Assembly: GCA_043228905.1 (NCBI GenBank)
Contig: JBHGNT010000008.1
Span: forward strand, 21,080,001 to 21,144,000
DNA from: Azolla caroliniana
Taxonomy: Eukaryota > Plantae > Polypodiophyta
Reading direction: 5' to 3'
DNA length: 64,000 nt
Below the pieces are notes generated by a model that ran no database searches, was not told the origin of the DNA, and worked only from the letters and a program-made list of their open reading frames with translations. Positions 58,801 through 64,000 of this stretch are shown in pieces. How positions within the stretch are numbered: position 1 is the first letter of the stretch; each line of letters opens with the position of its first letter. A program made the translations under genes and the position numbers.

Positions 58801-61333
58801 GACCGGTGAGGATCAACTCTACGAGGAGCAGTCCCGACCGGCAAGGGACCGGTTAGCACTCGAGGATCCGGCCGAAGACGGTGAAGAAACAGAACCGGCC
58901 GAAGAAGATGAAAATGATACCGGAACCGGCCCCGATCCCGAAATGGATTCGGATGAAGAAGAATCGGAAGAACCGGTTACCGAAGCTCCGGAACGGAGAT
59001 ATCCTCTAAGAGAGAGAAGGGCACCCCGGAGATTTCCGGAACCAGAGCACGTGCTGCTAACCGACGAGGGGGAGCCGGAGAGCTTTGAAGAAGCAAAGCA
59101 TGACACCCAGAGCCGCAGGTGGTTGAGTGCCATGCAGGACGAGATGGATTCCCTGCATGAGAACCACACATATGAACTTGTGAAGTTGCCGAAAGGAAAG
59201 CGGGCACTTCGAAACAAGTGGGTGTTCAAGCTGAAACCGGGAGATGCCAGAAACCCCCCGAGATACAAAGCCAGGATCGTGGTGAAGGGGTTTCAGCAGA
59301 AGAAGGGCGTCGACTTCGACGAGATATTTGCCCCGGTAGTGAAGATGACCTCCATCCGGACGGTGCTGAGCATAGCGGCAAGCATGGACCTCAAGGTAGA
59401 ACAGATGGACGTGAAGACGGCATTCCTTCACGGCGACCTCGAAGAAGAGATCTACATGCAGCAACCAGAAGGATTCGAGAAGAAAGGGAAGGAGCACCTG
59501 GTATGCCGGTTGAAGAAGAGCCTTTACGGACTGAAGCAGGCTCCCCGGCAATGGTACCGGAAGTTCGACTCCTTCATGACCGACGAAGGGTACCTCAAAA
59601 CGCAGTCCGACCACTGCGTGTTTGTGAAGAAGTTTGAAGGAGGAGACTCTCTAATACTCCTCCTGTACGTGGACAACATGTTGATCGTCGGACGGGACCA
59701 GGTCAAGATACGGATGCTGAAGAAGGCTCTTCACCGAACCTTCTCAATGAAGGACTTGGGTCCGGCGAGACAAATACTAGGGATGCACATCATCCGGGAC
59801 CGGAGCAAGAAGCAGTTGTGGCTGTCACAGGAGAAGTACGTGACAAAGGTGCTTAAACGGTTCAACATGTCGGAAGCAAGACCGGTCGGATCGACCCTCC
59901 CGGCAAACTGCAAGCTGTCCAGCAAGCAAAGTCCCAAGACAAAGGCTAAGAAGGAGGACATGATGAAAGTGCCATATGCCTCTGCCGTCGGAAGCCTGAT
60001 GTACGCGATGGTGTGTACAAGACCGGACATTGGATACGCAGTCGGAGTGGTGAGCCGGTACATGAGCAATCCCGGCAGAGAGCATTGGAACGCGGCCAAG
60101 TGGATACTCCGATACCTGAAGGGCACGGCAAACGTGTGCCTCCGATTCGGCTCCGGTAAGCCCGAACTCGACGGCTTCACCGATTCGGATATGTCGGCTG
60201 ATGCAGATACCAGCCGGTCCACATCAGGGTATGTGATGACGTATGCAGGGGGAGCTGTTTCGTGGCAGTCGAGGCTGCAGAAGACGGTTGCGTTGTCAAC
60301 CACGGAGGCGGAGTACTTGGCGGCTGTTGAAGCCGGCAAGGAAATAATATGGATGAAGGACTTCATTAGAGAGCTCGGTATCCGGCAGGAGGAGTACCGG
60401 CTCTACTGCGATAGTCAGAGTGCGATCCACCTTGCGAAGAACGCGGCCTACCATTCCCGCACGAAACACATCCAGCGTAGATACCACTGGATCCGGGAAA
60501 GGATAGAAGACAAGGAGTTCGTGCTGACGAAGATCCACACGGACGAGAACGGGTCGGATATGCTGACCAAGGTGCTCACACCCGACAAGCTGGAAGCATG
60601 CCGGAAGAGGATCGGATTGGAGAGACATCCCATGCCGAAGTGAAGGGGGAGTTTGTTAGGATTTCGGTCGCTCCGGATGGGATGTCCGGAGATGAATGAC
60701 GGCAAGCCCGGTTGCGGTTACGGAACCGGAGGATGAAGAGTGCCCGGTTACGGAGACGGATGATGAAGACCCCGGCTGCGGAGCCGGATGACGAAGACCC
60801 CGGCTGCGAAGCCGGATGACGAAGACCCCGGCTACGGAGCCGGATGATGAATGTACCCGGAGAGAGATCCGGATGCGGGGACATATTTGTGAATATGTTT
60901 GCCAAGGGCCCTTGAGGCCATATTTGTAAATAGCCCGAAAGTCATATGTGTATAAATATGACTTAGGGCAAACAGTTTTATGTCTCTACTCATTTTTCTG
61001 TTTTTCCACTCAAGAGGAGTGAAGAGAGAGCAGCCGTGAGAGAGATAGAGCGTGAGAGAGGAAGAGGTCGACGCCTCTGTGTATTTCCGCCGCCTGTGGC
61101 GAGGACAACGAGCTCAAGGTCGTCGCCTTGCAGCTCGCCATTGTATATTTCTCTGTGCATAGTTTTGGTTTGGAGTCTTGTACTCCCGTGGTTTTTCCCG
61201 TACAGGGTTTTCCACGTTAAATCGTGTGTCCACTCTATTTTTCGCATTTCCCATTTTCTGCAACAACGATTCGTGTGTTTCCTTGGTTGTGGCCGAGAGG
61301 TGAAATAATCGCAGGAGACGTTTATTTCCATCA
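55860..61333 (+). mobile_element. Young full-length Tork/Tnt1-like Copia (X2); TSD CTCAG
   Basis: 680-bp LTRs 55860-56539 and 60654-61333 with about 5 differences. PBS cggtatcagagc 56543-56554; PPT aagggggag just before 60654; TSD 55855-55859 and 61334-61338. Confidence 0.97.
56570..60643 (+). CDS. Copia gag-PR-INT-RT-RNaseH polyprotein, 1357 aa; RT motif is YVDN
   Basis: Uninterrupted ORF with CFHCGKPGHFRKNC, VDSGAS, HKRLCH..CTDC, RADNGGEY, MDVKTAFLHG, LKKSLYGLKQAPR and YCDSQSAI. Confidence 0.95.
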   Translation: MEGGGSGQPGMMVLNAQNYADWKIKMEDLLIVRDLYEPIDRSEIPKGVLESEWRLLNRKAVATIRQYVDVSVLQHVANDTNAYEMWKKLSGLYERKNALNRTSLMRKIVNLKYRDSESMVEHVSTFMGFVNQLAAIKFPLEDAMQAIILMCTLPESWENLVVTLSTSCTEDNLSLQTVKTSILNEEARRRDKEPVSDPKMLLTESERGRHWNRSPQRREKSGTRSQSRGRPTCFHCGKPGHFRKNCRHYRKDNGADDTDSKKSPERNGAYRGATDRNGSDRRGQDRKGTTALAASEEEIMLITEEGELNVAGDETTWVVDSGASFHLTPERRYFSSYTAGEHGCVRMGNEGTCRIAGTGDVWLTTPTGCKMLLKDVRHVPEVRLNLISAGRLDDEGYTGSIRNGVMKFSKGSLIVARARKVNTLYLMNARLCPEELNVAADTAGELWHKRLCHMSEKGMKSLAEDNLIPVKHVHLEKCTDCLAGKQNRTSFHSRPPTRRSAPLELVHTDVCQVETKSHGGAQYFVTFIDDHSRKLWTAPMKTKDQVLSVFKELHTRVERESGKKLKAIRADNGGEYRGQFAEYCRSKGIRLEFTVPKTPELNGLAERMNRTIMERVRSMLAHAELPKGFWAEAMSTATYVINRSPSVPLDGDTPQRVWTGREVSYRHLKVFGCLAYVHVAKDRRGKLDPKTRPCIFLGYGDDEFGYRVWDPVDKKIFRSRDIIFMEDKTLADWESEKKMKSSKSTGEDQLYEEQSRPARDRLALEDPAEDGEETEPAEEDENDTGTGPDPEMDSDEEESEEPVTEAPERRYPLRERRAPRRFPEPEHVLLTDEGEPESFEEAKHDTQSRRWLSAMQDEMDSLHENHTYELVKLPKGKRALRNKWVFKLKPGDARNPPRYKARIVVKGFQQKKGVDFDEIFAPVVKMTSIRTVLSIAASMDLKVEQMDVKTAFLHGDLEEEIYMQQPEGFEKKGKEHLVCRLKKSLYGLKQAPRQWYRKFDSFMTDEGYLKTQSDHCVFVKKFEGGDSLILLLYVDNMLIVGRDQVKIRMLKKALHRTFSMKDLGPARQILGMHIIRDRSKKQLWLSQEKYVTKVLKRFNMSEARPVGSTLPANCKLSSKQSPKTKAKKEDMMKVPYASAVGSLMYAMVCTRPDIGYAVGVVSRYMSNPGREHWNAAKWILRYLKGTANVCLRFGSGKPELDGFTDSDMSADADTSRSTSGYVMTYAGGAVSWQSRLQKTVALSTTEAEYLAAVEAGKEIIWMKDFIRELGIRQEEYRLYCDSQSAIHLAKNAAYHSRTKHIQRRYHWIRERIEDKEFVLTKIHTDENGSDMLTKVLTPDKLEACRKRIGLERHPMPK

Positions 61334-61869
61334 CTCAGTTCTCTACTGTTCTCCATCGAGTGTTAGGGTTTGTCTTCAGAAGCGTCTGTCGGTTGCAGAG
61401 GAGTCTCAACCCTCGCACTCTGATACCATGTGAAAGTTAGCATGCGGAAGCTTGACAAAGCTGGTTTAGCCAGGTAGCAACATAGAATAAAAGACACAGG
61501 TTCAATGGAAGCTTGAGAGTATTCAGCATACATGGGAGAGACAAAGAGAGAGAGAGTAGACCGTAAACTCAATTCAAATAATAATAATCCTCTGTTTGCA
61601 TAAAATGTGCTCAAAGAGCACTTTTATACAAGTCCATCAAGGACTGACAGGTACTTCAATGCTCATATGAGCGATTGACACTGACTCCTAAAAATATGCC
61701 TAAGTACTAGGATGGATCCGTAGGCCTCTAATGGCCTTTCGGTTTCAATCCGATCCCACTCCTAGTTCCGGATATCTTCCGAACATTGATCCGGTTCTCT
61801 ATTCCGGATATTGATCTGGCTCTAGCTTATTGAGCCAATCCGGATCCGGTTGAGCGAGCAAGCTCAACA

Positions 61870-62190
61870 AATGCTCTTGATCTTGGCGGTGTAGTTCGAC
61901 ATGGGCATATCTTTTTGTTGTATGTTGTTCAACTCTTGTTGCAGTTGAAGCTTGCGGGCGGTTGTGTTAGTGGCGAAAGTTCGCCCGCGCTTTTTCAGGC
62001 ACCTTGGTGCCTCAAATGTGGCTAAGCATGTGGTCGTGGACTTATGTTACCAAGCAATACATTACCCAACTTGCTCCTTGCTCCCATGTTGGGTAGTTGG
62101 CGTTTGTGATGTTAGGTTTGGTTTCGAGTGCGTTGTTGATGTAGCTCCAATACCCTTGGTCTACTAGGTATTGGTTCATTTTGTACTCCC
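61870..62190 (-). pseudogene. Older family-Y Copia gag N-terminal fragment
   Basis: Minus-strand WEQGAS...ANTTARKLQLQQELNNIQQKDMPMSNYTAKIK. Confidence 0.75.
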
Positions 62191-62230
62191 AAGATGAATA
62201 ATTGTTGGGTGAAAGCATGCGAGTGGAAAC

Positions 62231-62259
62231 AATTAGCTATGTCCTTGACATAGCTAATT
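62231..62259. other. Perfect 13-bp inverted repeat with a 3-nt loop
   Basis: aattagctatgtc-ctt-gacatagctaatt. Confidence 0.9.
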
Positions 62260-62289
62260 TGCTATGCAAAAAGCTACCAAGTTCAATAC

Positions 62290-63085
62290 AAGCATCATCT
62301 GCCAAGTTCACTCCTCCATTGTCGCCACTGTACACTCAGTTGCCGCAACTGTGAAGGTCGTATATTGCTGCCACTTTTCGATCCGACCGAGTTAACTCCT
62401 TCTCCACTATCGCCATTCTACTCTCAGTTGTCATCACTGTGCGTTCCAAGCATCATTTACTACAGTTCGATCTGACAGAGTTCACTCCTCCATTGGCATC
62501 ATTCTACACTCAGTTGTTGCTACTATTCGGTGACCGGTCCTGGATTGCTACCGCTTTTCGATTTGACGGAGTTCAGACATCCATTGCCATCATTCTACAC
62601 TTAGTTCCCGCTACTGTTCGGTCGTGTATTGCTGCCACTTTTCGATCTGAGGGAGTTCACTCCTTCTCCACTGCCGCCATTGTACTCTTAGTTGTCATCA
62701 CTATGCGTTCCAAGCATCATCCACAACTGTTCGATTTGACGGAGTTCACTCATCCATTGCCATCATTCTACACTTAGTTGCCGCTACTGTTCGGTGGTGT
62801 ATTGCTGCCATTTTTCGATCCGAAGGAGTTCACTCCTTCTCCACTACTGCCATTCTACTCTCAATTGTCATCACTGTGCGTTCCAAGCACCATTTGTCAC
62901 TGTTCAATCCGACAGAATTCACTCCTCCATTGCCATCCTTCTACACTCAGTTGCCGCCATTGTTCGGTCCTGGATTGTCAAAAATGTTCGATCAAATGGA
63001 GTTCACTCCTCCACTACCGCCATTCTACACTCAGTTGCCGCCACTATTCGGCCCTAGATTACTGCCATTGTTCGGTCTTGGATTT
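62290..63085. repeat. Tandem array, about 9 monomers of 84-91 bp with alternating variants
   Basis: A gagttcactcc anchor recurs near 62304, 62389, 62478, 62569, 62653, 62742, 62826, 62915 and 62999. Confidence 0.9.
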
Positions 63086-63234
63086 GAATAACTATTCTGT
63101 CTATTGATTATCTTGTGTATTGTTCTGTATAATCTTGTGTATTGCGGAATATTTTTGTGTATAGTTGTTGCCCATAGCCATCTTTAATACGTATCTTTTT
63201 TTCAGGAAAATTAGGGTTAAATCCGTCAAGCCAA

Positions 63235-64000
63235 ATGGAAGGGGAAGGAGGGTGTTTAGAATTACCCCTCAATAATCATCAGGATAGGGATGACGCTATC
63301 AGGACACAACAAGCGATACAAAAGTATTGGGCAGAAAAAAAAAAAAAACATTGTCAATTGTTGAAGGATACGAAAGCCACACTCACTAAAGGTAAAGATA
63401 GTATTGGTTGGGATATAGGTCTAAATATCACTGAGAATGGAAGTAATGAGACTACTATCATAGAGAGAAAGGTTGTAGACTATTTCAATGTTCAAACCAA
63501 GCACATCAGCAATGAAGACAAGAAGGTAGTACTTTATGGAATATTAAATTATTCATCGATAAAGGAGTTAGTTGATTGTGATGGTCTTAATGCAAACATA
63601 ACATCTATACTAGTAAATAATCTCCGTAATAGTTTCATATCCATGAGCAGGTCAGAAGATGATCTTGTCTTAAAAAGGTCTAGTCTAATGATGTTACTTA
63701 ATAGTGATGTTGACGATATTAACATCAGTGTGCTATCTAAGGTAATTGGTGTTAGTAGAAAAAGTGTGTGCAATACATTGAACCGAATAGTTTCCTCGGG
63801 TGAAGGAACTAGTCTACTAAAGCTAACAACAAGATGTAAGCCAATGACACCCATAACATCAAAAATCAAGGATATAATCACAATATTTTGGACGAATGAG
63901 ACTAGGGTATCACCCAATAAGAAGGATTTATGCAGGAAACGTGTTGGAAGGAGTCAATACGAGGAGCATCCCATTCATCTTCTTGATGTACCTCAAGTAT
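63235..64000 (+). CDS. Partial ORF of at least 255 codons running off the window; possible DNA-transposase N-terminus
   Basis: Hand translation has no stop: MEGEGGCLELP...ISVLSKVIGVSRKSVCNTLNR (HTH-like)...FWTNETRVSPNKKDLCRKRVGRSQYEEHPIHLLDVPQ. A possible acceptor ttttttcag lies just upstream. The function is inferred. Confidence 0.55.
   Translation, partial: MEGEGGCLELPLNNHQDRDDAIRTQQAIQKYWAEKKKKHCQLLKDTKATLTKGKDSIGWDIGLNITENGSNETTIIERKVVDYFNVQTKHISNEDKKVVLYGILNYSSIKELVDCDGLNANITSILVNNLRNSFISMSRSEDDLVLKRSSLMMLLNSDVDDINISVLSKVIGVSRKSVCNTLNRIVSSGEGTSLLKLTTRCKPMTPITSKIKDIITIFWTNETRVSPNKKDLCRKRVGRSQYEEHPIHLLDVPQV

Larger units (their letters stand above)
40616..61869 (-). mobile_element. Copia family Y element (Y2) in three pieces: 40616-41696, 53848-55859, 61339-61869
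   Basis: 5' LTR 61429-61869, PBS 61418-61428, gag MASSLPTEKLDRSNY, YVDSGASNHM. Integrase WAEAVRTTVYIQNR|IRDK rejoins in frame across the 41697-53847 insert. RT is truncated at PVAKMTTV. Confidence 0.85.

Noticed and set aside
62290-63085. CRISPR-like array or repeat-protein ORFs
   Set aside because: The intervening sequences are homologous to each other rather than unique spacers, there are no cas genes, the context is eukaryotic, and the monomer lengths break the frame.

Overview
Plant nuclear DNA, probably from a seed-free vascular plant such as a fern (inferred from the TE families and the tau-class GST). It has one clear host gene, a two-exon tau-class glutathione S-transferase (2642-3432, +). 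Most of the rest is nested retroelements. First, an old L1-type LINE is split by a Copia element that itself holds further LTR fragments (about 4.1-11.1 kb). Second, a ~47 kb nest (about 15.4-62.2 kb) can be resolved through LTR pairs, PBS/PPT signals and target-site duplications (TSDs). It includes an Athila-like Gypsy (19951-40128), several tRNA-Trp-primed Gypsy elements with 4-bp TSDs (25763-32844, 41697-53847, 42365-50374) and two young Tork/Tnt1-like Copia copies (34399-39733, 55860-61333). The window ends with a hairpin, a ~84-91 bp tandem array and an ORF of at least 255 codons that runs off the edge and is missing from the ORF track. The most unusual signals are: (a) an inverted tRNA-Arg PBS-like hairpin where the PPT should be in the Athila-like family; (b) a conserved -1 frameshift signal (GGAUUUU plus stem) placed after the protease in the Trp-primed family; (c) non-autonomous Trp-primed derivatives sharing a repeated motif; (d) telomeric repeats filling a deletion junction. 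All comparisons were made by eye and no database searches were run.
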